From the IMG/VR virus record IMGVR_UViG_3300005253_000164: a stretch of 26,989 bases of DNA, one strand, 5' to 3'. Position numbers and translations under genes: made by a program. Shown here in pieces: positions 8,178 through 16,474 of the stretch. Source of the stretch: an uncultured virus (IMG/VR IMGVR_UViG_3300005253_000164) (Duplodnaviria; Heunggongvirae; Uroviricota; Caudoviricetes). The notes beneath the pieces were generated by a model that was not told the DNA's origin, ran no database searches, and worked only from the letters and a program-made list of their open reading frames with translations. Within the stretch, counting starts at the first letter, position 1; every line of letters starts with the position of its first letter.

Positions 8178-9091
8178 AAGAAACAAACAAATTACTGAAT
8201 GATTTGATCAAGAATCATAATTCAAATATTAGATTCGATAAAGATCTGGAAACAGATTTTACAAAAATAAATAAATTCTGGGATCCTATCATAATAAATT
8301 CAGATTCCTCTGATATGAGATCTATCAAAGACAATTCGGTCACACTAACCTTTACATCAATTCCATACAATGTGGGTAAGAAATACGATGGCTACAATGA
8401 TAAACAATTGTGGTCCAATTACATTGAGATGATCTACTCTATATTCAAAGAAATATATAGAGTAACCAGAGCAAATGGAAGAGTAGGAATAAACATAGCC
8501 AATTTAGGAAGAAAACCATATCTTAATTTGGTTGGATTAATTAGTTATTTATTACAAAAGGTGGGCTTCCAACTCAATGGTGAGGTGATATGGCATAAAG
8601 GTCAAAGTGGAAATGGAACCAGTTGGGGGAGTTGGCTTAGTTCTAGCAATCCATCCCTTCGAGATGTGCATGAATACATAGTATTTGCCAGAAAAGGAAA
8701 TAAAAAGATCACACCACCACCTGGAGGTGAAAATACTATAACTAGACAAGGATTTCTATTTACCTCTATGAGTTACTGGCAAATCAATGCATCACAAAAT
8801 AAAAAACACCCCGCGGTTTTTCCCATTGGATTACCATGGAGAGCAATTAATTTTCTGACCTTTACGAATGACATTGTTCTTGATATTGCTGCAGGAACAG
8901 GAACAACTCTCAAAGCAGCATATGAATTGGGGAGAAAAGCAATTGGATATGATATATCCAAAAAATATACTGAAATAATGAGAAAGGATATTAATGAATT
9001 GGGTGATAAATTGAGAAACGAATACAATAAAAAAGGCTGGCAAACATGGTTTGAAGATCTGAATAAGAATCCTCTGGAGGATTGGTTTTAA
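8174..9091 (+). CDS. Site-specific amino (N4-C/N6-A) DNA methyltransferase, beta class
   Basis: Catalytic motif TSIPYN precedes HEYIVFARK, HPAVFP and SAM-binding VLDIAAGTGTT..GRKAIGYDIS; beta motif order; no adjacent restriction enzyme recognised. Confidence 0.9.
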   Translation: MKETNKLLNDLIKNHNSNIRFDKDLETDFTKINKFWDPIIINSDSSDMRSIKDNSVTLTFTSIPYNVGKKYDGYNDKQLWSNYIEMIYSIFKEIYRVTRANGRVGINIANLGRKPYLNLVGLISYLLQKVGFQLNGEVIWHKGQSGNGTSWGSWLSSSNPSLRDVHEYIVFARKGNKKITPPPGGENTITRQGFLFTSMSYWQINASQNKKHPAVFPIGLPWRAINFLTFTNDIVLDIAAGTGTTLKAAYELGRKAIGYDISKKYTEIMRKDINELGDKLRNEYNKKGWQTWFEDLNKNPLEDWF

Positions 9092-9282
9092 TGGCTCAAG
9101 GTGGAATAACTCCCCCTAGTTATAGGGAGAAAGTACAGTTTACAAAAACACCAATCAAGTTACATTTATCTGATGATCAAAGGAACTGGTTGAAAGAAAG
9201 ATCAAGGCAAACACAGACAACTATTCCAGAGCTGATACGACTGGCTATTAATGACTTAATTGGGGGATGTGATGGTAACTAA
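9091..9282 (+). CDS. Ribbon-helix-helix (CopG-like) DNA-binding protein
   Basis: IKLHLSDDQRNWLKERSRQTQTTIPELIRLAI; ATG overlaps the MTase stop (TAATG); GGAGG upstream. Confidence 0.8.
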   Translation: MAQGGITPPSYREKVQFTKTPIKLHLSDDQRNWLKERSRQTQTTIPELIRLAINDLIGGCDGN

Positions 9283-9437
9283 TGTGGTATATATTTATAA
9301 TTCTAATTAAATTAATATTGAGTCTTATTATCACAATATGGGCAACCATGTTTGTTAGGGGTAGGGAATTAACAGAGACAGAAATCTGGATAATTTTAAT
9401 TGTATTTTTGTGGTTATACTCTATGGGGGTTATTTAA
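9282..9437 (+). CDS. Small membrane protein (51 aa, 2 TM, not in ORF track)
   Basis: MWYIFIILIKLILSLIITIWATMFVRGRELTETEIWIILIVFLWLYSMGVI*; TAATG coupled; fills the gap. Confidence 0.6.
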   Translation: MWYIFIILIKLILSLIITIWATMFVRGRELTETEIWIILIVFLWLYSMGVI

Positions 9438-9440
9438 TTG

Positions 9441-9740
9441 ATGGAGAGAGCAACAGTGAGTACTGTAAATAATTCTATTCGTTACGATAGATATGGAATA
9501 ATAATAAAATGTACTTGCAGTTGTATAGGTCTTAGTGACTGTGAATGCAAGGATGGGAACTGTTATGCTTGTAATAGGTGCTACTGTTATTGTGGGATTA
9601 AAAAATTGAGAAAATGTGAACATGGTATGTTTCCTCATTATATTGATGATAATGGAAGATTACATTGTTCAGATTGTCACAATCGATTTTGTAACTGTTA
9701 CACAGTTAAACAAATAATAGAATACTGGAGTGAATATTAA
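9441..9740 (+). CDS. Cysteine-rich metal-binding protein
   Basis: CTCSC..CECKDGNCYACNRCYCYC..CEHG..CSDC..CNC. Confidence 0.65.
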   Translation: MERATVSTVNNSIRYDRYGIIIKCTCSCIGLSDCECKDGNCYACNRCYCYCGIKKLRKCEHGMFPHYIDDNGRLHCSDCHNRFCNCYTVKQIIEYWSEY

Positions 9741-10105
9741 TGTTGGACACAATAATTAATTATATACAAAATATTATACATAGTATCGAGAACTGGTTCA
9801 GATCATGGGTCTGGTGCAAAAAAGGGCATCATTTCACTAGAAATAAATGGGGTATAGGCTGGAAACAATCATATTGTCTCAAAGATTATAACCCAGAGGT
9901 GCAACCAGAGATGAAACAGATAACAACTCACGTATTGGAATTTGGTAAGAAAATATGTGATGGCATGCCATTAGGTGAGAATGAAGAAAAATCTCATGCA
10001 TACCCATTAGATCTCGATTGTGACAAATGTTCAAATTTGGTTAATTTTGTTTGGTTATGGATCCTTAGTGATTCGTTTCGATTCAACAAGTCTACAGGAA
10101 ATTAA
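9740..10105 (+). CDS. Hypothetical protein
   Basis: 121 aa, TAATG coupled, several Cys/His. Confidence 0.6.
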   Translation: MLDTIINYIQNIIHSIENWFRSWVWCKKGHHFTRNKWGIGWKQSYCLKDYNPEVQPEMKQITTHVLEFGKKICDGMPLGENEEKSHAYPLDLDCDKCSNLVNFVWLWILSDSFRFNKSTGN

Positions 10106-10120
10106 GGAGATTACAGAACT

Positions 10121-10855
10121 ATGGTAGAAATGAAATCAATTCCCAGAATAATTAGACAAGCATATGTTTATCAATCTAATAGTCCAGCCATAGCAAGACA
10201 ATGGTTCATAGGGTTCAACCGATTTGCTTATGTAATCATGTCATGTAATCATCTAGTACCCTTAAGGAAAGGACTCTATAAAACATCAGTAAAAGGAAAA
10301 ATTCATCCTTTAGTAAAATGTATTATTTGTAACAATGAGGAAAAAATACGATTGGTGGGGTGGCGACCTTATTATAAATCATGTAGAAAGAAAAGAAAAT
10401 ATCTGACTATAAAGAGTGCAAAAGAGATAAACGATGCAAATCCATATATCGGGATCTATGAATGTGATTGGTGCAATGGCTATCACAGAACAAAGACTCC
10501 TTTTAATCCTAAAATCCAAGGCCATAAAAGACCAATTGCAACACTCTGGGAAAACCCCAAAAATCCATTATGGGATCTGGTTAACAAAGAAGAATTGGAA
10601 CTAGTTGAGATAGATCTCATGTATCCATCTCCAGATGAAGAAATCCTAATAGATAACATTCATTCCATGATGTATGTTTCAGATCCAGATCCAGATTGTG
10701 TTGTGTTTTCTGATAATGAAATCGAGGAATGGATGCTTCAGAAAAAAATGGGACAGGATATTGATACATTTGGTGAAGCTGTTGATAGGAATAAGGGAGT
10801 GGTTCTATTTCAGAACGCAATAGGTAAATGTTCATCAAGGAGTGGTTTAAAATAG
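10121..10855 (+). CDS. Hypothetical protein with phage-type zinc-binding domain
   Basis: AGGAG RBS; C..KRKY.T...A....Y.C..C.GYH.T motif common in small virus proteins; extra CNH..CIIC; acidic C-terminus. Confidence 0.65.
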   Translation: MVEMKSIPRIIRQAYVYQSNSPAIARQWFIGFNRFAYVIMSCNHLVPLRKGLYKTSVKGKIHPLVKCIICNNEEKIRLVGWRPYYKSCRKKRKYLTIKSAKEINDANPYIGIYECDWCNGYHRTKTPFNPKIQGHKRPIATLWENPKNPLWDLVNKEELELVEIDLMYPSPDEEILIDNIHSMMYVSDPDPDCVVFSDNEIEEWMLQKKMGQDIDTFGEAVDRNKGVVLFQNAIGKCSSRSGLK

Positions 10856-11406
10856 ATACGACACAATTTTTATTAACCAAATTAAAAAAAATGAAAGATA
10901 ATAAAGATCTCATTGCTTTTTCCCAAACTGCGGGAAGTGCAACCGAGGTAACAGGTTATATCTTAGAAGTAGATGTTTTAGACCATGACCTAAACCATGA
11001 TTTCAACCTTTTTGATTTTGATCAAGAAAGATATATGGAAATAATTTATATTAAATTTGAACAACACAACAAGTTCTATATTGTACATAAAGATGAATAC
11101 TCCGATGTCATAGAAAACCCAATCTCGCTAATATATATATATTTAGAACTTTTAGTTCAGTTTGGGGATATTTTGTCTAAGGGCTTTCTGAATTTTTGGA
11201 GACATAAGAAAAAAATATTGTTACGTTTTGAGAAACTAAGAAATAGAATAAAAAAGAGTCATACTATTGATTTTGGGAAAGATGCCGAAGTAAAAAGAAT
11301 TATTACTTTTCTTATTAGAGATCCGACTACAATTAGTTTTTCCATATTGGAGAAAACTGATAAAAGTGAGAAAAATAATATCTTGGAGAAAAAACCATAT
11401 TATTAG
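10828..11406 (+). CDS. Hypothetical protein
   Basis: 192-aa ORF; true start may be ATG 10891. Confidence 0.6.
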   Translation: MFIKEWFKIDTTQFLLTKLKKMKDNKDLIAFSQTAGSATEVTGYILEVDVLDHDLNHDFNLFDFDQERYMEIIYIKFEQHNKFYIVHKDEYSDVIENPISLIYIYLELLVQFGDILSKGFLNFWRHKKKILLRFEKLRNRIKKSHTIDFGKDAEVKRIITFLIRDPTTISFSILEKTDKSEKNNILEKKPYY

Positions 11407-11421
11407 TTTTATTGTTTATCA

Positions 11422-11469
11422 AAATGATTTTGTTAACAAATATATTTCTTAACAGCAGAAGTATTATAT
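11422..11469 (+). promoter_or_regulatory. Operator+BRE+TATA promoter module, copy 1
   Basis: AAATGATTTTGTTAACAAATATATTTCTTAACAGCAGAAGTATTATAT is identical to 12530-12577 and 43/44 identical to 15093-15136. Confidence 0.85.
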
Positions 11470-11492
11470 TTATTGAGACACAAATTAAATCT

Positions 11493-11948
11493 ATGATCAA
11501 ACACAAAGATGTTAGAAAAGAGCAAAAAGAACGCTATTCAAAATATTCTCAAAAAGAATTAGAACAAAGAATAAATGAAATAAATACGACTGTACAATCA
11601 TTTAGAGATGAAAAACGAGTACTTCACAAATACAAAGACCAACTAGAATGGAAAAAAATAACAGATTATTATTCCTTGGATGTAAGAGTCATTGTTCCAG
11701 TAAACAAAAGTAATATCTTGGAAAATGGAGAAGTAAATTGGGATGAAGTGTTTAGAGATACTAGTATGGCAATAATAGAGGGATTTGAACAGAATCATGG
11801 AGATGGGCGAGGAGTAGATGGAATAGTCTCATTTAAGAAACATAAAAAACTAAAAATGAATGGTATTGATTATGGGGATCTCTCCTATAACAAATCAAAT
11901 TTAGTTGAACATTACCTAACAGAAAAACTACCAAAATTCTCAAAATAG
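11493..11948 (+). CDS. Hypothetical protein with N-terminal coiled coil
   Basis: Start moved to ATG 11493 because the longer track ORF runs through the promoter repeat; spacing matches the other two copies. Confidence 0.7.
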   Translation: MIKHKDVRKEQKERYSKYSQKELEQRINEINTTVQSFRDEKRVLHKYKDQLEWKKITDYYSLDVRVIVPVNKSNILENGEVNWDEVFRDTSMAIIEGFEQNHGDGRGVDGIVSFKKHKKLKMNGIDYGDLSYNKSNLVEHYLTEKLPKFSK

Positions 11949-12130
11949 TTATAGTGGATGTAGAAAAATTAATTAACTTATACTGGTTTATATGATTTGC
12001 ATAGTAGTTTATTTTATTTACTATGCAATCCCTCCCCCAGAATTGTGTGTACAATATTAGTAAAATTGAAACCGAGGTAGCTACTCGGTGTGAAGTGTAG
12101 TAACATAGGTAATATGGTGTCATGAGACAA

Positions 12131-12175
12131 TTTTGAGTTCGGGATTATTATTCTAAATCAATCTCCAAATCATAA
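12131..12175. repeat. Repeat copy 2 (TTTTGAGTTCGGGATTAT plus 3' end of 12148..12462)
   Basis: Matches 2083-2129. Confidence 0.85.
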
Positions 12176-12462
12176 TTAGCAGTATTTATGTAGCGTTTTC
12201 TTCTATCCATAATGAAAGAACTATGGAAAGAGACTGCAAGAATATTTGTATGTGGGATAAATATCACTTTTTCCTCACTCATATTGTAGATTGAGAACCC
12301 ATTGTCGTGGAATTCTATAACCTCATTGTGTGAGAATGCTTTCATTCTACCGTTGTGAGGGTGCCAGTACTCCAAATATTCCTCTTGTTCCCACACTAGC
12401 GGTGATCTGCCTCCATCACCATATCTCACATAAGATAGTATTTCTTCTAACTGTGTTTTCAT
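12148..12462 (-). CDS. Hypothetical protein
   Basis: 104 aa; AATAAATA TATA-like element upstream; its C-terminal octapeptide is conserved synonymously at 2102-2128. Confidence 0.75.
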   Translation of the reverse strand: MKTQLEEILSYVRYGDGGRSPLVWEQEEYLEYWHPHNGRMKAFSHNEVIEFHDNGFSIYNMSEEKVIFIPHTNILAVSFHSSFIMDRRKRYINTANYDLEIDLE

Positions 12463-12529
12463 AACTATACATGAGAAAACTGAATATTTATTGTTTTTGT
12501 TGATACGTCTATCATACCGATTTTAAAAC

Positions 12530-12577
12530 AAATGATTTTGTTAACAAATATATTTCTTAACAGCAGAAGTATTATAT
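12530..12577 (+). promoter_or_regulatory. Operator+BRE+TATA promoter module, copy 2
   Basis: 48/48 identical to 11422-11469. Confidence 0.85.
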
Positions 12578-12600
12578 CTAATCAATAGTAAAATAATACA

Positions 12601-12678
12601 ATGCTGATGATAATGATGGATAGAATGATTCTATCACAGAATGCATTGTCCAGACATTCAAAGGAAGGAAGGAAATAA
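12601..12678 (+). CDS. Putative 25-aa leader peptide
   Basis: ATG at the conserved distance from the promoter module; TAATG coupled to the next ORF; very short. Confidence 0.35.
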   Translation: MLMIMMDRMILSQNALSRHSKEGRK

Positions 12679-12842
12679 TGATTAAAAATTATGCAGGTTT
12701 TGTGAGCAATCTTCAAGGGAAAGAATTATTGGCTCTATTGACCAAAGAAGAACAGTCATGTTACAGATTATCTGATGTTTATGATAGTAAAGGCAGAGCA
12801 CTTAGAATTGAAATAGATAAATTAAAGGCGGAAACCCCATGA
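12678..12842 (+). CDS. Small hypothetical protein (54 aa, not in ORF track)
   Basis: MIKNYAGFVSNLQGKELLALLTKEEQSCYRLSDVYDSKGRALRIEIDKLKAETP*; ATGA coupled to 12839. Confidence 0.55.
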   Translation: MIKNYAGFVSNLQGKELLALLTKEEQSCYRLSDVYDSKGRALRIEIDKLKAETP

Positions 12843-13066
12843 GTGATTTTTGGTTAATTTATTTTGAAAGTGATATAGTGTCATTTAAAATAGTAATACA
12901 AGCTAAAACACTTGAAGAAGCAAAGAAGGCAGCAGATTCAAATATTGGTATGAATAAAGTAATTATGGCACACAACATAGGTCATAATTTAAGATGGACT
13001 TCAGCTAAACCAATTGATCACGCAGATATAATCGAATATCACTTGAAGGGTGAAGTAGATAAATGA
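12839..13066 (+). CDS. Hypothetical protein
   Basis: 75 aa; V.AKTLEEAKK.A motif frequent in small virus proteins; coupled on both sides. Confidence 0.65.
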   Translation: MSDFWLIYFESDIVSFKIVIQAKTLEEAKKAADSNIGMNKVIMAHNIGHNLRWTSAKPIDHADIIEYHLKGEVDK

Positions 13067-13269
13067 CAGAAGAAATAAAAGGAACCAAATTGAGTAGTTC
13101 AACTGCCACGATATGCGATTTTATTATCGAAATTTATTGCTACAAGTGTGGTGATTATATAGATGATGAAGTTTGCAATTCACCTAATCATCCTAAATCT
13201 TGGCACGATGAACAGAGATCGAGAAAACAACATTCACGTCATTGTGGTAAATGTGGAGTTGAGAATTAA
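13063..13269 (+). CDS. Small zinc-finger protein
   Basis: GGTGA RBS; CYKC, C..H..H, CGKC. Confidence 0.65.
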   Translation: MTEEIKGTKLSSSTATICDFIIEIYCYKCGDYIDDEVCNSPNHPKSWHDEQRSRKQHSRHCGKCGVEN

Positions 13270-13746
13270 TTGCCTATAGCAAGGACTCACAGTAAAACGA
13301 GAAAAAAAGTTAGGAGGAAAAGAGAAAATGTTGGTAACACAGATCTTGATATTTATGATGTGATCACAGAAAAAATGTATTATAATAGAGTAATCATTGA
13401 TTATTCAAATAAGTGCGAGTGTAAATACAAATTCCATTCACATAGGACCATAAAAGACATGGATGGCAATAAATATTTGTACTGTCATTACTGCAACAAG
13501 ATCTGTGAGATGGAGTTAGATCGAATGGTCAAAGAAAATACATCCAACAAAATACATCAATACGTGTGTAAATATTGCGGTATTCCCAAAGAACTTGATA
13601 ATAAGAAAGGTTGTATAAGGGCCAGTACTATCATTAAAGGGGGGACTGTAAAAGGTCATCATGTATTTGAAAAGAAAAAAGAAATTTCATCACATATCGC
13701 GTGTTTTGATGAGTATTGTTACGGAGATGATGGTAATTGCCAATAG
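13270..13746 (+). CDS. Multi zinc-finger protein
   Basis: TTG start after GGAG; basic N-terminus; CEC..H..CHYC..C and CKYC..C..H clusters. Confidence 0.6.
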   Translation: MPIARTHSKTRKKVRRKRENVGNTDLDIYDVITEKMYYNRVIIDYSNKCECKYKFHSHRTIKDMDGNKYLYCHYCNKICEMELDRMVKENTSNKIHQYVCKYCGIPKELDNKKGCIRASTIIKGGTVKGHHVFEKKKEISSHIACFDEYCYGDDGNCQ

Positions 13747-13765
13747 CTCCTGTAGGTGGATACGT

Positions 13766-14365
13766 ATGACCAGTATAGAAGAATTATTTGAAAAAATGAG
13801 GGATTTTCATAATAAATATGATTTCCCTCATTCATTTGAGCTAAATATGGCTCTGAAATTAAAAGATAAGCGTTTTGAATTAATGCAAGAAGAAAACAAT
13901 GAATACAACTGTTCAGATAACATTATCGATGTTCTTGATGCAATAGGTGATCAAGCCTATGTATTAATTGGTACTATGATCACTCATGGAGTAACAGCAG
14001 ATCTATTCGTTAAAATTTTTGATGAGATCCATGCCTCAAATATGTCAAAAGATCAACCAGAAGGTTATCATAAGCCAATCAAAGGGAAAAATTATTTTGA
14101 ACCCAATATCCCAAAAATCTTGGATGGAGATCGACATGATAATGACAATCCTTGTACTATATATCGTTGCCCTAAATGCAAATCTGAAAATATAAGGGCA
14201 AGTGGGTGTTTATCAGTGTTACCAAATAAAAATAAAATTCATTCAGTGGAAACACTTGAATATTTTCAATGTTTAGATTGTAAATTCAGTGAGGAATGGA
14301 TTGAAGCAGACGGTTCTCCGATAATGTCCGAATTAGAGGCGGAATGGCTAAAGTTTCTGGGATGA
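13766..14365 (+). CDS. MazG-like/PRA-PH family NTP pyrophosphohydrolase with C-terminal zinc ribbon
   Basis: LMQEENNEY..LDAIGDQAYVLIGT..FDEIHASNMSK..KPIKGKNYFEP is the all-alpha NTP-PPase signature, followed by CPKC..CLDC; AGGTGG RBS before ATG 13766. Confidence 0.85.
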   Translation: MTSIEELFEKMRDFHNKYDFPHSFELNMALKLKDKRFELMQEENNEYNCSDNIIDVLDAIGDQAYVLIGTMITHGVTADLFVKIFDEIHASNMSKDQPEGYHKPIKGKNYFEPNIPKILDGDRHDNDNPCTIYRCPKCKSENIRASGCLSVLPNKNKIHSVETLEYFQCLDCKFSEEWIEADGSPIMSELEAEWLKFLG

Positions 14366-14383
14366 TATTATGGAGTTGATTAA

Positions 14384-14635
14384 TTGACAATAGCTCACAG
14401 ATCAAAAGAAAATAAAGATGACAAGTTAAGCATATCTTTAGAGATGCTTATAGAAAAGCGAAGAGAATTGCTTGAAAAAACAGAAATTTATGAGGCTTTG
14501 GTAAAACAACTAAACGCTCATGAACATACAGATCATTGTAACATAAACTGTGTAACTAAGAGAAAAGTAATCATAATAATTGATGTTATCGCACAAGAAT
14601 TATTACAACTAGAACATAAAAAGAAAGGAACATAA
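14384..14635 (+). CDS. Hypothetical helical protein
   Basis: TTG start after GGAG; helical hairpin with HEH..HC..C loop. Confidence 0.55.
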   Translation: MTIAHRSKENKDDKLSISLEMLIEKRRELLEKTEIYEALVKQLNAHEHTDHCNINCVTKRKVIIIIDVIAQELLQLEHKKKGT

Positions 14636-14686
14636 TTTGAGTATTGAAACCTTTATTAAATTTGAATGGTTATTTATGAATGGGTT

Positions 14687-14902
14687 TTACATACCATGTA
14701 TGGTGCAATCTATATCTCCTAAAAGCGAACCACATTTTTTACAAAAGAAACAAACATCACAGAATTCTATATTGATTTTTTCCCCTCCATGTTTACAGGT
14801 TTCATTTTCCATGGTTAATTTTAATTTCCTTTCTCCTTCCAGTCTTTTAATGATCTTTTTAATGAGTGGGTTTGTATTTTCCAAATTCTCTATATTATTC
14901 AT
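14687..14902 (-). CDS. Small zinc-finger protein (71 aa)
   Basis: Start reassigned to MNNIENL (AGGTGA RBS, ATGA coupled to 14899..15021); CKH..CDVCFFCKKC..C..H. Confidence 0.6.
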   Translation of the reverse strand: MNNIENLENTNPLIKKIIKRLEGERKLKLTMENETCKHGGEKINIEFCDVCFFCKKCGSLLGDIDCTIHGM

Positions 14903-15021
14903 TTTATCACCTTTAACAGAGTGAGTAACAGAGTGGTTATCAGTATTCCGAAACCAAAACCAATTAATACAGATCCCCAATCAATAATTGGGTAATTGTT
15001 GAGGTTTTTTGTTTTACTCAT
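14899..15021 (-). CDS. Small single-TM protein (40 aa, not in ORF track)
   Basis: MSKTKNLNNYPIIDWGSVLIGFGFGILITTLLLTLLKVIK*; TATA-like AATATATA upstream. Confidence 0.55.
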   Translation of the reverse strand: MSKTKNLNNYPIIDWGSVLIGFGFGILITTLLLTLLKVIK

Positions 15022-15092
15022 AGCTGTTATGTGGGAAACCAAATATATATTATTGTTGTTGGCATGTCTACACTTTCGATTTAAAAATAAAA

Positions 15093-15136
15093 GATTTTGT
15101 TAACAAATATATTTCTTAACAGCGGAAGTATTATAT
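15093..15136 (+). promoter_or_regulatory. Operator+BRE+TATA promoter module, copy 3
   Basis: 43/44 identical to the other two copies. Confidence 0.85.
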
Positions 15137-15159
15137 TTTATCAATGATAAAATAACATA

Positions 15160-15276
15160 ATGTATTTACAATGGCTTAGAATGAAATACAAAAATTTCCA
15201 GACAATAGAAACGATTTTATTTGTATTTGTGGTATTCGCTTTACTTATATTATGGGTGTGGATAGGTGCAATCTAA
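15160..15276 (+). CDS. Small single-TM protein (38 aa, not in ORF track)
   Basis: MYLQWLRMKYKNFQTIETILFVFVVFALLILWVWIGAI*; ATG at the conserved promoter distance; TAATG coupled to the next gene. Confidence 0.6.
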   Translation: MYLQWLRMKYKNFQTIETILFVFVVFALLILWVWIGAI

Positions 15277-15701
15277 TGGCAAGAGCAAAGTACGTAAATA
15301 AAGCAAGGAAAGATTATTCTGAATCCAACATTCAAAAAGGAGATTCATACTGGTGGTGGAAAAAATGGAAAAAACCCATTCAAAGAAGTAAAACAAAACC
15401 TACTAGAAGCCAACTAACCAACTCTCCATTCCTTGCCCAAATATACACAATTGAGGATGCAATGCGTGAAACAACAGATGTTGATGCCATTGATGGCTTT
15501 ATTACAGAGTTTCAAGAAATGCTGGATGAACAAGAAGAGGCATTAGATAATATGCCAGAACAACTCCAAGATGATTCTTTTCCAGCTAATCGTATCGAGT
15601 CTTTAGAAGAAGTTATTGAAACTCTTGAAAACATAGATACGGACATGGCAACTGCTGATATTCTTGAAGATATACAAAATATATCTTACAATGGTGATTA
15701 A
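15276..15701 (+). CDS. Conserved virus-type hypothetical protein (basic N-domain, acidic helical C-domain)
   Basis: V.KARKD....KG.SYWWWK....SKT.P.RSQLT.S.FL pattern recalled from phage proteins; AGGTG RBS before ATG 15276. Confidence 0.7.
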   Translation: MARAKYVNKARKDYSESNIQKGDSYWWWKKWKKPIQRSKTKPTRSQLTNSPFLAQIYTIEDAMRETTDVDAIDGFITEFQEMLDEQEEALDNMPEQLQDDSFPANRIESLEEVIETLENIDTDMATADILEDIQNISYNGD

Positions 15702-16190
15702 ATGAAAATATATTTTGCAGGATCTATTCGAGGTGGGAAGGAAAAGAAAAAAGACTATAAGAGAATAATTTATGAGTTAAGTAAATTCGGTGAAGTCCTC
15801 ACAGAACATATCGGGGGAAAAAGGGCATCAGTCTCAAATAAGGTTAATGATTTACTGGCAAGATTTACTGGCAACAAATACATTTTTGAAAGAGATATGA
15901 TCTGGTTAAAAATGGCGGATGTTGTTATTGCCGACCTATCAGTGAACAGTTTCGGTGTTGGCTTTGAAATCGGTAAAGCAGACGAACTTGGGAAAAAGAT
16001 AATCTTGATCTGGGATACAAAATTCATAAAAGATAATAACATCAAAATCTCTGCATTAGCTAAAGGAAACAGTAAAATAATAAAATTCATTCCTTATGAT
16101 TCAATTGAAAATCTTTTCAAAAAACTCTGGAAACTCTTATTAAAAATAGATAATCCTATGGTTGAAGTAGATTTGTGGAGTGAATATTAA
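15702..16190 (+). CDS. Nucleoside 2-deoxyribosyltransferase / DNPH1(Rcl)-like deoxynucleoside 5'-monophosphate N-glycosidase
   Basis: KIYFAGSIRGG, GEVLTEH, IFERD..WL..ADVVIA....SFGVGFEIG including the catalytic Glu. Confidence 0.9.
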   Translation: MKIYFAGSIRGGKEKKKDYKRIIYELSKFGEVLTEHIGGKRASVSNKVNDLLARFTGNKYIFERDMIWLKMADVVIADLSVNSFGVGFEIGKADELGKKIILIWDTKFIKDNNIKISALAKGNSKIIKFIPYDSIENLFKKLWKLLLKIDNPMVEVDLWSEY

Positions 16191-16473
16191 ATTGAGTTTA
16201 GATACCATACGAAAGGTTTTCACCATTGTAATAAATGGGGAAACCAATTATTATATGATTCGAACAGATACATATGGTGTTTATTACTCTAAAACCAACG
16301 AAAGATTTAGTTACTCTATTGTAAATTTGATGTTCGAACAATCTTTAGTCCATTTATTATCTGATTTCATGGGCATTGATGTTACATACACAGATATTCA
16401 AATGTATAGCAAGGACAATTATAGATTTGAAATATTCGGTAAAATTTTTGAATATATGAGGAGCAACAATTAA
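16180..16473 (+). CDS. Hypothetical protein
   Basis: 97 aa, GTG start, fills the gap in the operon. Confidence 0.55.
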   Translation: MNIKLSLDTIRKVFTIVINGETNYYMIRTDTYGVYYSKTNERFSYSIVNLMFEQSLVHLLSDFMGIDVTYTDIQMYSKDNYRFEIFGKIFEYMRSNN

Positions 16474-16474
16474 A

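Noticed and set aside
11833..12123. Minus-strand 96-aa ORF
   Set aside because: Overlaps the 3' end of 11493..11948 antisense; no RBS, promoter or recognisable motif.
14637..14924. Plus-strand 95-aa ORF
   Set aside because: Antisense to a coupled minus-strand pair that has an RBS, a promoter and a Zn-finger motif.
11422..15136. Repeats as a CRISPR array
   Set aside because: Copies are 1.1-2.6 kb apart with genes between them; there are no 30-40-nt spacers and no cas genes.
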